Shown piece by piece: positions 41,001 through 50,050 of a stretch of DNA of 64,000 bases; positions within the stretch are counted from its first letter, which is position 1, and every line of letters starts with the position of its first letter. The DNA lies in the IMG/VR virus record IMGVR_UViG_3300037751_000591, positions 1-64,000 of that record, one strand, 5' to 3'. The translations under genes were made by a program, and so were the position numbers. The stretch is from a virus (lineage: Duplodnaviria > Caudoviricetes). The notes beneath the pieces are model-generated. The model did no database searches. It saw nothing but the letters and a program-made list of their open reading frames with translations, and had not been told where the DNA came from.

Positions 41001-44000
41001 GCCTAAGCTCGACAAGCCGATTCAGATCACGGTCGATTCGGTGGCGATAACGCGGCCCGATTACCGGCTGGCCCGTGTGGTGCGGCTGCCAACCGTGCCG
41101 GGCGGAGCCGCCTTTGTCATTCGGCGTTTTGAGCCGGATATGTTCGACCGCATGCGCCAGCAGCGGGACAGCGTGATTTCGAGGGCGTTCAGTGATATGC
41201 GTCGCTACCTTACCGATTTGGTCGGCTCGATCACCGGGCGTCAGGCCGACAACGAGGAAGAGGTCGCACGCCGGCCGATCGGCGAGTTACGGCTGCCCAA
41301 TTTGCCCCCTGTTCAGGCGGGCGACTACGTTTCGCTGGCCTATCTGCCCCTGACAATGGCGTGGCCGCACTTTGGCGAAGGCGCGTTTGATGAAATGCGC
41401 AAGATCGCCGACGCCACCAAGCGTCACTACGGGCCGAGCGCGCATCCCGGCACTGGCACCGAGCAAGAAGTCCATGCCGGTGAAGATTACGCAAGTGAAG
41501 ATGACATATCTGAGTGGAAGGCAGAGCAAAAACAACTGGTCGAGTATGCCCAAGAAAACTGGCGTGTTGTTGACAGTGTTCATCAGGCAGGGCGTGGGTA
41601 CAAGATCGTAAGTCTATGGCTTGATCCCGACGGGGTTCTTTATGATCCCGGCATGACACATTGGGAATCGGCCATCGATGCCTACGAGGGCGCTGGTCTA
41701 TGGGACGCAGACAGGGCGCGAGACGCGCGCCAGCGCCTTGAACTTCACGGTCAGAAGGAATTGGTCGAAATGGGGTTTGTCCGGGTTTCGGCCAGAGGGG
41801 ACCGGAGCTGGCTTGTTTTTCAAATGATGGAGCCATCAGAACTGACTCGCGATCAGCGCGAAGTTCTTGCTGTCGAATCGCAGCTTGTGTTCGACAGACG
41901 AGGCGAGGTATTCGCTGAGCCGAGTTCGCGAGCATTGGGGTTGCCTGATCGTTATGAGTCCGAAGAAGTCAAGGACATGCTTGGCCTTCGGTCGATTATC
42001 AAGCGTCACTATGGCCCCGGACCCCATCCCGGCACTGGCACCGATCAAGACATTCATGCGGGCGTAGGCGCTGCCCTGTCCGATCCGGTCGAGGCCCTCA
42101 GCGAAGCGCTGGTCGAAGACGCTATGCAAGTTCGCCGTGCCGAGGATGTAACCGCTGGCGATATCGGGCGGGGGTGGCTGCTGCCCGATGGACGTTTCGC
42201 CGATAGCAAAGGATCGCATGACAATTCTGCCGGCGAAGCACTGAATGCAGTCGGGGTCGAGCGCATCAATCATCCCTATTTCCGCTTCCCGCACGCGGAA
42301 AGCACGCTCATCAAGATGGGCTTTATTCGCATGGGCTTTAGTAGCTCAGTCGCATGGTTTGGCACCATGACAGACTTTACGCCAGATCAAGCAGAGTTCG
42401 TGGCGCGCTTGCTTGACCTCAGACCATTCAAACAGGTTTCCGTTGATTGGTATTCCCAAGAAGACGCAAGCCTACTTGAAGCCGTCGGTGATGAAAGACT
42501 GGCGCGCGCTCAATTGGAAAGAGAGATTGCGCGAGCTTATCGGACCATTAACCGCACGTGGGTTCCGGCAATTTACCGCGGTGGTCCGGGTAGCGGGCAC
42601 TTTGAGCATGAGGGCAGGCTAGGCGAAATAGGCGGATCGCTGCCCGCCGACGGCGTAGGGGGAGCGCAAGCGAGCGATGCTGTAGAGGGAGCGGGCACGA
42701 AGCAGGCTCATACTGGCGCTATCGCCAGTGATGCGGCAGCCGCGGCTGCCGGCCAGCCCTTGTCGGAGATTGAACCGCTCGGCGAGCGCCCGTTCGATCT
42801 TGTGCTGCAGTCGGTTGGCGTTGCCGCTGACGCCGAGCCTGACCGCTATTGGACGGAAATGCTAGAGCACCAGACTGCGATTGAAATGCAGCTTACTCAG
42901 TTGGAGGGCGAAGATCGGCGGGCCGCTATTTCGGTTAGTCAGCAGCTACACAAGAAGCTAACGATGGACTCATTGGCGCTTGTCGAGCGCGATGAACTTT
43001 GGCGGCAACCGCGAGATGAGTTTGTAGACGCCGGCAGGCCGGAGTTGATTAGCGGTGCAACACCGGAGGGCAGCGCAATTCTTGAACTTGTCGGAGCGCG
43101 CCGGCAGGCATGGCAACTGGCTGTGAATCGGGCAATTCAGCGCGGCGATCTCGAAATCGACGAAGACGGGAACATCCCGGATTTGGGATACTACAACTCG
43201 GGCGGGGGGAAGTGGGTGCCGCTCGAGGGTGATCTTTACCACGTGACGACGGCGATCAGCGCAGTGCGAGAAACCGGACTGAGATCGAGATTCGAGCTTG
43301 CCATGCAGCGGGGCGTTGGGCTTGGCGGCGGCGACGATCAAACCATCAGCTTCACGCAAGACCCCGGAGTTGCTCGCGGCATCGAGCGCGGCCTGCATGA
43401 GGCGCGGCTTGTGGCGCGTGACGACATAACATCCGACGATCTCATGACCATGGCAGCCGAAGGCACAGGCGCTGAGCGACCGTTCATTGACGATCTGATG
43501 TTGTTCTATTCGAGTGATTGGAAAGAAGGTGATTGGGCTGCTGGCCGCGAATTGCCACAGGGGTTGCGCAGCGTACTCGAGGGCACTGAGTATGGGCGCA
43601 GTGCGATGGGCCAGACGCTGGAAGATTGGCAGACCACCAAGGGCGATGAATGGGAAGTGGCCGAAGCCGGCCGCAGTTGGGAGGGCGGCGACGGTCGGAC
43701 TTACCACACGCAATTTGTCAGGCCGGCGACCGAAGAGGAACAGCTACATGGTCGCTTCGAGCTTTACAAGCGATTCTCGGCATATCGTGAGTACGCCGGC
43801 GGCTACCTTGACCCGCTGTTTTTCAGTTCCGATCCGGCGGCACTGGCCGAGATTGATCCGGCGGAGATCGCGACTGTTCGCTACTCGCCGCAATCCAACA
43901 GTCGCGGCTCGCGGCAGGGAGCGCTCGGCGAGATCAGAACCTATGGCACCGACGGTTTGCAGCTAAGTGGTGAGGAAAGCTACTTCGACATCGAGAACGG

Positions 44001-46776
44001 CCAGATCGTTGAGCGCCATTATGGGCCGGGCACGCACCCCGGAACCGGAACCGAGCAAGAGGCTCACGCCGGCGACGGCGGCGGCGCGGCAACCGATGTA
44101 GCCGAGCGGCCAAGCGGCGCAACAGGATCGGAGAAGCAGTCCGGTGTCGGCGGGGGGATTGGCGATTTTCTAAGGAAGTCCGACGAGAATGGCGGACGCA
44201 CCCACTCGGCAACACACGTAGAGACAGCGAATGCGTTGGAGCTATTCGGCAGGGCAGCCGAGCAGTTGGGAGCAGCCGTTGACAACCGGGCGTCTGCCGA
44301 CGCCGGAGAAATGGGCGGCCTGCCTCGAGAGATCGCCGAGCATATTGACAACCTGCTCAACGAGGGAAGATTCAGTGTTATAGAAAACACCGATATGGTC
44401 AGGGATATCTTGACCGGCCTAGAAGTCTACGAGTTTGAAATGGATAGGCACAAGCTAGCGCCGTCCATGACAGAACTCATTGAGCTGCAGACGCTGCGCG
44501 GTATGCTCGGCAGCTATACAGCGCCGGGATTCGATCCAGACAAGGAAGGTCTCAGCGACTTGTCTGTTGAAATGGGCGAGTACGTCCTGTCGCGTGGATT
44601 ACAGATTACCGACGATCCCGGCAAACTGGCCCTTTACGAGCAGCCTTGGTTCCAACGGCAGGTCACGCAGATCGCCGACAGCTTTGGCCTAGAAGACACG
44701 AGGATCATGGCACCATGGGCGACTGGCCTTGAAGGCGACCACGTTGTGCCCGACATCATGAACAGCATTGCCAGCAATAGCGATCTTAGGAACAGCAATG
44801 ATTTCCACCCCGAGGCCAAGACGTATTACTTCGATGTTTTCCGGCACTTGGCTAATATGCCCGGAACGCCAGAGGCCGCGTACATGATTGACAGGAGCGG
44901 GTCTGACTGGCGTTTCCAGATTGATAGCGAGATTATGGCGATGGGGCCGGGCCAGTGGCTTCCGCCGGACGAGTCCAAGTTTGGTGAAGGCGCTGAGATC
45001 GTGGCCGATTACGTCAATACGGCGTGGACTGAGTCCGCTCGCCATCCGGCATCAGTGGCGCTTATGGAAGAGGTAAGCCGGCAGTATGGCGGAACGCCCG
45101 CGCCAGAATCTGATCCAGATGGTGATTTCGTATCGGAGTGGGGCGAGGAGTTCAGCGAAGAACCAAGGAACATGCCGGGAAATTCGAGCGAAATCCTCTC
45201 CGGCTATGTCACGCGCACCTACGACGCCACGCAGCAATGGCTGGCGGAGCGCGACTATCGGCCCGGCGATACGGTTCGTCTTTTTCGCGGGCTGCGGACC
45301 TTGACGGGCGAATGGAATCCGTCCGGCGAGGGCGGCGATACAACGGTGGATATGTGGTCGGTTTCCTCTTGGACATCCGACTTGGATACGGCAAGGTCGT
45401 TCGCCGAGCATGAACCATTTTCATATGACGACGATGTAGAGGACCTACCCGGCGCGATTGTGGCCGCCGACATCCCCATAGAGCGCTTGTTCGCCAACAG
45501 CGATACGGGCATGCCGTCGAAAGGCGAGTACGAATGGCTGGTGCTTGGCAAGGACGGCGTTGAGGGCACGGTCTATTCGACGGAAGATAGTCTCAACGAT
45601 GCGATCATGTGGGGAGCGGCGTGGAACGCGGACCTCACGGAGGTTGCTCAGAGACAGAATGACCATAAGCGTTGGTCTTGGGATGAGCACCAGCGCCGGG
45701 CCGAGAACACCGCTGCTGTCAAGCGGGCCGGCGGTGCTCGCAGCATGCACATCGACGAGCTTGCCGGTGACTGGTTGAAGGTGCTTGCCTACGAACTGGC
45801 GCGCGCCGCCGAAGCCAACGAAATGAACGCCTCCAGTCCCATTGAGGTCAAGGGCATGCTGCGGCGAGTAGTCAGGCATTATGGTCCGGGGACGCACCCC
45901 GGCACGGGCACTGAGCAAGATATTCACGCGGGCGGCGGGCGCGGCCGCGGGCGAGCGAGCAGTGCCCGCGCTGTGCGCATGGCGCAAGAGCCTGTCCGCA
46001 ACTACACCTTCGCCGAAAACGACGAGTACATCAATCACGCACAGCAGGTCTACGACCGGCAGCCGCCGGAAATCAAGGCGCAAATTGACGAAGTGCGGCA
46101 GCGCATCAAGGAAGGCCAGACCACGCAATCGATCTATAAAGACCCCGAGACCGGCGAATACAGCCCCGACCGCCAGACGCTGCATGAGCAGATTATTGAG
46201 CAGATGCTGGCTGGCCGGACGCCTGAAGAACAACCGAGCGTGCTCATGACCGGCGGCTATCCGGGTTCGGGCAAAGGCACTATTTTCCGCCACTTGCAGC
46301 AGCAGGGCGAGACCCTCGAGAATTACGTCTGGATTGATTCCGACGCGATCAAGGAGCAGCTTCCCGAGTACGAGGGATGGAACGCAGCCCTGACTCATCA
46401 AGAAGCATCCGATATCGTGGAAGAAATTGTAAATCGCGCCGCATCGCAGCGGCTGAGCATCGTCTACGACGCGACGATGCGCAACCAGTCTGAGTCCGAC
46501 GCGATCCTGCGCCTGTTTGAGGATCAAGGATACAGCAGTCGCATCGTGTTTGTGGACGTGCCCATCGATGTCGCCATGGATCGGGCCATCACGCGCTTTG
46601 CCGGCGGCACCGGCCGGTTCGTGGACTTGAACTACATTGCTACTCACGACGGCAAGAACGTAGCCAGCCTCGAAGCGTTGAAGGAAACCGTTGACCAGTG
46701 GGAGCATTGGGACAACAACGTACCCTTCGGCCAAGAGCCGATCCTGATTGGCAGCGGTCAAAAGGAAGAGGAATAG
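38056..46776 (+). CDS. 2906-aa polyvalent polyprotein (three ART-like domains, zincin, 2H phosphoesterase, zeta-like kinase) divided by 8 Gly/His tags
   Basis: uninterrupted ORF; YFHATS, HELGH, HITL/HVTL, LYHVTT, FRG/SSWTS/EYE, GGYPGSGKG. Confidence 0.85.
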   Translation: MADEVRSGNPLINGGVPAVFRDGRLPVKESCSLCSKRADFFASLNHFDYRVEDTFCTECLDRQIEQSGPIIEYIIPLGGEDSPGTVVTPDEFMRLLRGEPVIHGFNRRVLTFDDGPFRVVERGGPGSGHHGHEGRPGEVGGSRPSGAGGEVAEDYEGLASDIPPEIRSRRYFHATSHTSRGKSILESGMVRPGEAGRIGPLAPVEGRVYVTQDPEYALVYSLGGDMAGSNLPEHWIEDAGQYGYIFEIDPQAFTDIQPDEDVIGEHIHKETFPWLNRLARQHLSSRMLADAQFGEYDAWAEAGKKLVGYMTPEQKYEIILSGSHVSALGELPIIAAWRVDKTQASQYERYTYAEEDTEEDRRRRIDLIWQLSQPVERSLIGRHFGPGAHSGTGTDQDVHAGDGEGGISKADATGIWGLGLDNRSLHTVAFKPADSGDDVQHYREVSITHHPSRKQPYRAVMAFGHTARFVDGRHWFDTLAEAKQAGDAYVGDWSGRPVERHYGPGPHPGTGTGQEIHAGESEGSYGPPIPDVATDEQVAGYNPVDINNFRIVGVTDLSDAKGRLIGPGEYADAVSRVMQDFYRRTGFKMSRHVISNEWIALAEAGGGTFAGMVLPSEQLADKLQDTYEDQLYGAYIQAENTLFISPNTRLMRPDQQRFSFVIAHELGHWLHHRVDLSGLEPSEEYFGAMSDTYGMGRSLEEEYIADLIAAHVLDGEVYRFHREQMNRPLTDFERSDAEEVISILKKAPVLRSRTMTKRAEDRVLVYFPQTGEVLDVPRDRLSELPETAEIFGDRLRGAMSERAMGFGISDPFMSTDPNMPLDPGGLGVEFHEPVQFDPKTADPAYIYASLSMSPPLLDLQKYVLDYLDSAGAAYDAQEPERFHITLLYIEKIDNWQLQDLISHIQFPAAFTVEGVRLGTFKEADDKPLVLMIDPDNALLRIQRELYERAVQMGLKVSEYSRPGHYKPHVTLAYDMEPADQRMPKLDKPIQITVDSVAITRPDYRLARVVRLPTVPGGAAFVIRRFEPDMFDRMRQQRDSVISRAFSDMRRYLTDLVGSITGRQADNEEEVARRPIGELRLPNLPPVQAGDYVSLAYLPLTMAWPHFGEGAFDEMRKIADATKRHYGPSAHPGTGTEQEVHAGEDYASEDDISEWKAEQKQLVEYAQENWRVVDSVHQAGRGYKIVSLWLDPDGVLYDPGMTHWESAIDAYEGAGLWDADRARDARQRLELHGQKELVEMGFVRVSARGDRSWLVFQMMEPSELTRDQREVLAVESQLVFDRRGEVFAEPSSRALGLPDRYESEEVKDMLGLRSIIKRHYGPGPHPGTGTDQDIHAGVGAALSDPVEALSEALVEDAMQVRRAEDVTAGDIGRGWLLPDGRFADSKGSHDNSAGEALNAVGVERINHPYFRFPHAESTLIKMGFIRMGFSSSVAWFGTMTDFTPDQAEFVARLLDLRPFKQVSVDWYSQEDASLLEAVGDERLARAQLEREIARAYRTINRTWVPAIYRGGPGSGHFEHEGRLGEIGGSLPADGVGGAQASDAVEGAGTKQAHTGAIASDAAAAAAGQPLSEIEPLGERPFDLVLQSVGVAADAEPDRYWTEMLEHQTAIEMQLTQLEGEDRRAAISVSQQLHKKLTMDSLALVERDELWRQPRDEFVDAGRPELISGATPEGSAILELVGARRQAWQLAVNRAIQRGDLEIDEDGNIPDLGYYNSGGGKWVPLEGDLYHVTTAISAVRETGLRSRFELAMQRGVGLGGGDDQTISFTQDPGVARGIERGLHEARLVARDDITSDDLMTMAAEGTGAERPFIDDLMLFYSSDWKEGDWAAGRELPQGLRSVLEGTEYGRSAMGQTLEDWQTTKGDEWEVAEAGRSWEGGDGRTYHTQFVRPATEEEQLHGRFELYKRFSAYREYAGGYLDPLFFSSDPAALAEIDPAEIATVRYSPQSNSRGSRQGALGEIRTYGTDGLQLSGEESYFDIENGQIVERHYGPGTHPGTGTEQEAHAGDGGGAATDVAERPSGATGSEKQSGVGGGIGDFLRKSDENGGRTHSATHVETANALELFGRAAEQLGAAVDNRASADAGEMGGLPREIAEHIDNLLNEGRFSVIENTDMVRDILTGLEVYEFEMDRHKLAPSMTELIELQTLRGMLGSYTAPGFDPDKEGLSDLSVEMGEYVLSRGLQITDDPGKLALYEQPWFQRQVTQIADSFGLEDTRIMAPWATGLEGDHVVPDIMNSIASNSDLRNSNDFHPEAKTYYFDVFRHLANMPGTPEAAYMIDRSGSDWRFQIDSEIMAMGPGQWLPPDESKFGEGAEIVADYVNTAWTESARHPASVALMEEVSRQYGGTPAPESDPDGDFVSEWGEEFSEEPRNMPGNSSEILSGYVTRTYDATQQWLAERDYRPGDTVRLFRGLRTLTGEWNPSGEGGDTTVDMWSVSSWTSDLDTARSFAEHEPFSYDDDVEDLPGAIVAADIPIERLFANSDTGMPSKGEYEWLVLGKDGVEGTVYSTEDSLNDAIMWGAAWNADLTEVAQRQNDHKRWSWDEHQRRAENTAAVKRAGGARSMHIDELAGDWLKVLAYELARAAEANEMNASSPIEVKGMLRRVVRHYGPGTHPGTGTEQDIHAGGGRGRGRASSARAVRMAQEPVRNYTFAENDEYINHAQQVYDRQPPEIKAQIDEVRQRIKEGQTTQSIYKDPETGEYSPDRQTLHEQIIEQMLAGRTPEEQPSVLMTGGYPGSGKGTIFRHLQQQGETLENYVWIDSDAIKEQLPEYEGWNAALTHQEASDIVEEIVNRAASQRLSIVYDATMRNQSESDAILRLFEDQGYSSRIVFVDVPIDVAMDRAITRFAGGTGRFVDLNYIATHDGKNVASLEALKETVDQWEHWDNNVPFGQEPILIGSGQKEEE

Positions 46777-47024
46777 ATATGCCCGATGTCGAGATCGTAG
46801 ACGGCGGCGACGAATATTTGGATGAGGCTGTAATCCGCGGCATCAAGCGGGCCATCGAGAATAAGGCTGCCGACGACCGCGCCATGCTGCCCGAGCCAGC
46901 GCCAGCTAGCGATGAAGACGTGGAAGTGACCGGCAAGCTGCGGCGCGTGAAGGTCGGCGTTGCGCGTCATTACGGTCCGGGGTCGCATCCCGGCACGGGC
47001 ACCGATCAAGATGTGCATGCCGGC
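39199..47024 (+). repeat. dispersed coding repeat H-tag R-H(Y/F)GP(G/S)xH(P/S)GTGTxQxxHAG, 7 copies
   Basis: 60-nt copies starting at 39199, 39553, 41422, 42004, 44014, 45874, 46965. Confidence 0.95.
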
Positions 47025-47648
47025 GAGGGGGCCGGCGGCAAAGGCAGCGACCGCAAGACTCGGGTCGGCATCACGTCGGCCAGACCGGGCCGGCCAAGCG
47101 AGCAGGTCTATGAAGACATGCGCGGCTTTGAAGGCCGGCTGCGCCAGATTGAGAGTGTGCGCGGGGTGAGCGTCAAGCCCGGCATTGGCGGATGGCAGGG
47201 CGGAGAAGAACCGACATGGGTTGTGGAGTACGAGGGCAACGGCGAGGCCTTGCGCCTGATGGCCGAGACCGGCAAGCAGTTCAATCAGGACGCCGTGCTC
47301 ATCATGACGCCGCCGGGCGATCAGGGCGGCCAGCCTGTCGTGGACTGGCACTTCGGCGAGGCGATCAGCGAGGGCGAGCGCGACGCTATTCAGGACCTGC
47401 TTGTTGAGTCCGGCATTGGCGGCTGGACATGGTATCGTGACGCCAACAGCCAGAGCGTGCTGAGGGCCGTTTCGGTCCCGCAGTGGGGAGGCTCAGCCGG
47501 CGCACACCTTAAGTCCGCCGACCTTGTGAGCGACCTGTTCTCACAGGCGGGTCTGACGTACACCCGCAGCGACGGCTCAGTTGGCATCGAGATTTTGGAG
47601 AGGGAAGGCGAGTTCAGCTATGACCGAGTCCTCGAAGCAGCCGAGTGA
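46779..47648 (+). CDS. H-tagged protein with SAM lyase (T3 SAMase)-like domain
   Basis: GITSAR...GGWQGGEEPTWVV...KQFNQDAVLI pattern after the tag. Confidence 0.55.
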   Translation: MPDVEIVDGGDEYLDEAVIRGIKRAIENKAADDRAMLPEPAPASDEDVEVTGKLRRVKVGVARHYGPGSHPGTGTDQDVHAGEGAGGKGSDRKTRVGITSARPGRPSEQVYEDMRGFEGRLRQIESVRGVSVKPGIGGWQGGEEPTWVVEYEGNGEALRLMAETGKQFNQDAVLIMTPPGDQGGQPVVDWHFGEAISEGERDAIQDLLVESGIGGWTWYRDANSQSVLRAVSVPQWGGSAGAHLKSADLVSDLFSQAGLTYTRSDGSVGIEILEREGEFSYDRVLEAAE

Positions 47649-47776
47649 CGCACTGGCCCGCTTGAAGGCGGCCAGAGACAACAGGGAAGACGGGGCCGAC
47701 GGCTGGATTGGCGATCTGCCCGAACTTCCCGAGCTTCCCGCTGGCGAGAAAAAGGTTGCCGTCATGATCCCGAAGC

Positions 47777-50050
47777 GTGACCGGAGCGGAAGTGACGATT
47801 CAGACAGTTGAGGTTGGCGGTCGACTGCGGCGCGTCGGCGTCGCAAGAGGCGGCGAGGGTTCTGGCCATCATGGCCATCGCGGGCGTCCGGGCGAGGTTG
47901 GGGGGTCTGCGCCTTCGAGCGAGACCGTCATTGAAGTCGGCGATGTGGGAGAAGCGCCGGGCAGCCGCGTGGCAGATAAGCAGGCTGCTCGAAGTGCTGT
48001 AAGGGAACTCCGCGAGCGAGGCACAATCAGCCCTCTCGATCCCCGCGACATCGTGTTTGGCGTACGGCACGATGATGACGAAACATCAGTTGTTGTTGTG
48101 AACGTCAGCGAGTGGCAGGGGACCATGCACCTAGAGTCGATCATGGTCCCGACGGACGAACAGGGAAGAGGGGCGGCGTCGTTCATTCTTGACGAGATTC
48201 TCATTCCGACCGCCGATAAGTACGGCGTGGAGATCACCGCCATTGCAGAGCCAATCGGCGAGTCGGGCCTGCCGAAGAAGGCGCTCATTCGATGGTATCT
48301 GCGGCACGGTTTTGAGCTAGTGGACACGCCGGGCGGCGACGATATCATTTATCGGCCCCAAGGGGCCGCCGTTGCGAGAGGCGGTCCGGGGTCAGGCCAC
48401 TTTGGGCACGAAGGCCGGATTGGTGAGGTTGGGGGCAGCCAACCATCCGGCGGCGATACACTTGCTGTCGCGCCCCCATCCGATTACCGCAGCCGAGACT
48501 GGCGTGCTGTGGCCGACGGATTTCAGCGCACGGCCAGCCGGCTCTCGCCATTTGAAATGACCAAGGCCAACTTCACGGGGTTCTGGCTATCGCCAGACGG
48601 CGAGATTTACCGGGTGCAGGGCATGAGGCACAACGAGGTCGCCGAGGAAGCTATCGAGGCGGCCCGCGACCAGTTGAGTCCGTCTGTTCTCGAATATTAC
48701 CAAGAGCTAAAGCAGAGCTTCCTCACTGACTCGCCGGCCCTCGACGTGACCTTGGAGCTAGGGTTCATTCGGGGCTGGATGTCGGCGGCAAATGGCCCGA
48801 AAGAGATTTCCATTACCATCGACGAAGCGGCGACCGACCTGCGCCGAGCACAGAAACAGACGCTGCTCGACATCTTCTCAGTGGCCCCTGACCGCGAATA
48901 TGACTTTGTGTGGGCCGTCTATCCGACGGGCGGCAGTCACATGCCGATTGAGAGCGGCAGAGACCGCGACGAGTTCATGGCCCGGTTCGGCATGATCCAG
49001 CGCCAGTTCACACCACCGCAGCCGGACATGATCGCTCGCGCACTGGCCGGCTTCAACAATGCGCTCAGCGTTGTTGAAGCGATGCTTACACGTGGTGGTC
49101 CGGGCAGTGGGCACCGCGGCCACAAAGGACGGCCGGGCAAGGTGGGGGGGTCGCAGCCGTCAGGAGGGGGAGCGCCGACCGAGGGCGACAGGCTTGACGA
49201 TGAGCGCAGGCGTGCCGTCGACATGTTCAGGGCAGGCAAGGGAACGCCAGAAGGCTTGGCTCTGCTGCTGGACGACTTAGAATGGAACGGCTCGCCTGAG
49301 CATGTGGAAATAGCGGCACAACGGGCCGGCATTCCCTTTTGGGACATATACCGATTTGTTGAGGCCCTCAGGACTACGAGAATGTCGTATGTTGCTATGC
49401 AACTGAACCTTTACGCCGAGGGTATGCCCGAGTTCGCTGACATCATGAGCACGCAGGCCGACTTTGTGGATGAGCCTCTCAATGGTCAGTTCCGCAGAGC
49501 GGATATTCCTTGGGGAATGCCCGACCGCGATCCGGCCCTTGTCGAGCGCCTGAATGAGATCGAGGCCGAGATCGGCGAACTCGACTATGAAGTGGCATAC
49601 GTTCTGACCCCCGGCGGCGACGTGATACTGCACAAGGAAGGCACGGTCGACGAGGTTAGATTTTCGGAAGAAGAGATCGCGTTGATGGAAGGCGCTGTCA
49701 TGATCCACAACCATCCATCGAACTCGGCCTTTTCCGACGACGACATAAACATTGCCGTTGATGCCGGCGCTTTAGAAACGATAGTTGTTGGCCGAGGCGG
49801 GAAGCGCTATATCATGGGGCTTGGCGGATACGTCGGCGACGTGGACCGGGAAGTAGTCCGGCGTCAGGCCATTGGCTATTATCACTCAGCCGACTTCCCG
49901 GTTCGGCAGGTGTTTGGCCCGCTGGTCGAGCAACACCGCCTTTCCCCCGTGCACGCCAGCTTTTATCATGGTATTGAGCAGTGGTTGCGGGTCGAGCGCG
50001 AAATGCCAGACCACATCGATTTCGTTTATCAAAACAAGGATATGAAGTGA
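47777..50050 (+). CDS. G-tagged polyprotein: GNAT + WLxPDG domain + JAB/MPN
   Basis: three tags; EQGRGAA...WYLRHGF; WLSPDG; HNHPS...FSDDD. Confidence 0.8.
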   Translation: MTGAEVTIQTVEVGGRLRRVGVARGGEGSGHHGHRGRPGEVGGSAPSSETVIEVGDVGEAPGSRVADKQAARSAVRELRERGTISPLDPRDIVFGVRHDDDETSVVVVNVSEWQGTMHLESIMVPTDEQGRGAASFILDEILIPTADKYGVEITAIAEPIGESGLPKKALIRWYLRHGFELVDTPGGDDIIYRPQGAAVARGGPGSGHFGHEGRIGEVGGSQPSGGDTLAVAPPSDYRSRDWRAVADGFQRTASRLSPFEMTKANFTGFWLSPDGEIYRVQGMRHNEVAEEAIEAARDQLSPSVLEYYQELKQSFLTDSPALDVTLELGFIRGWMSAANGPKEISITIDEAATDLRRAQKQTLLDIFSVAPDREYDFVWAVYPTGGSHMPIESGRDRDEFMARFGMIQRQFTPPQPDMIARALAGFNNALSVVEAMLTRGGPGSGHRGHKGRPGKVGGSQPSGGGAPTEGDRLDDERRRAVDMFRAGKGTPEGLALLLDDLEWNGSPEHVEIAAQRAGIPFWDIYRFVEALRTTRMSYVAMQLNLYAEGMPEFADIMSTQADFVDEPLNGQFRRADIPWGMPDRDPALVERLNEIEAEIGELDYEVAYVLTPGGDVILHKEGTVDEVRFSEEEIALMEGAVMIHNHPSNSAFSDDDINIAVDAGALETIVVGRGGKRYIMGLGGYVGDVDREVVRRQAIGYYHSADFPVRQVFGPLVEQHRLSPVHASFYHGIEQWLRVEREMPDHIDFVYQNKDMK

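Noticed and set aside
25504-46761. Long minus-strand ORFs (for example 25504-26748, 35724-36893, 39856-40959, 45445-46761)
   Set aside because: They overlap motif-bearing plus-strand genes and are expected stop-poor shadows in high-GC DNA
38419-47024. Tags as inteins or collagen repeats
   Set aside because: No Hint-domain Cys/His-Asn motifs and no sustained Gly-X-Y periodicity
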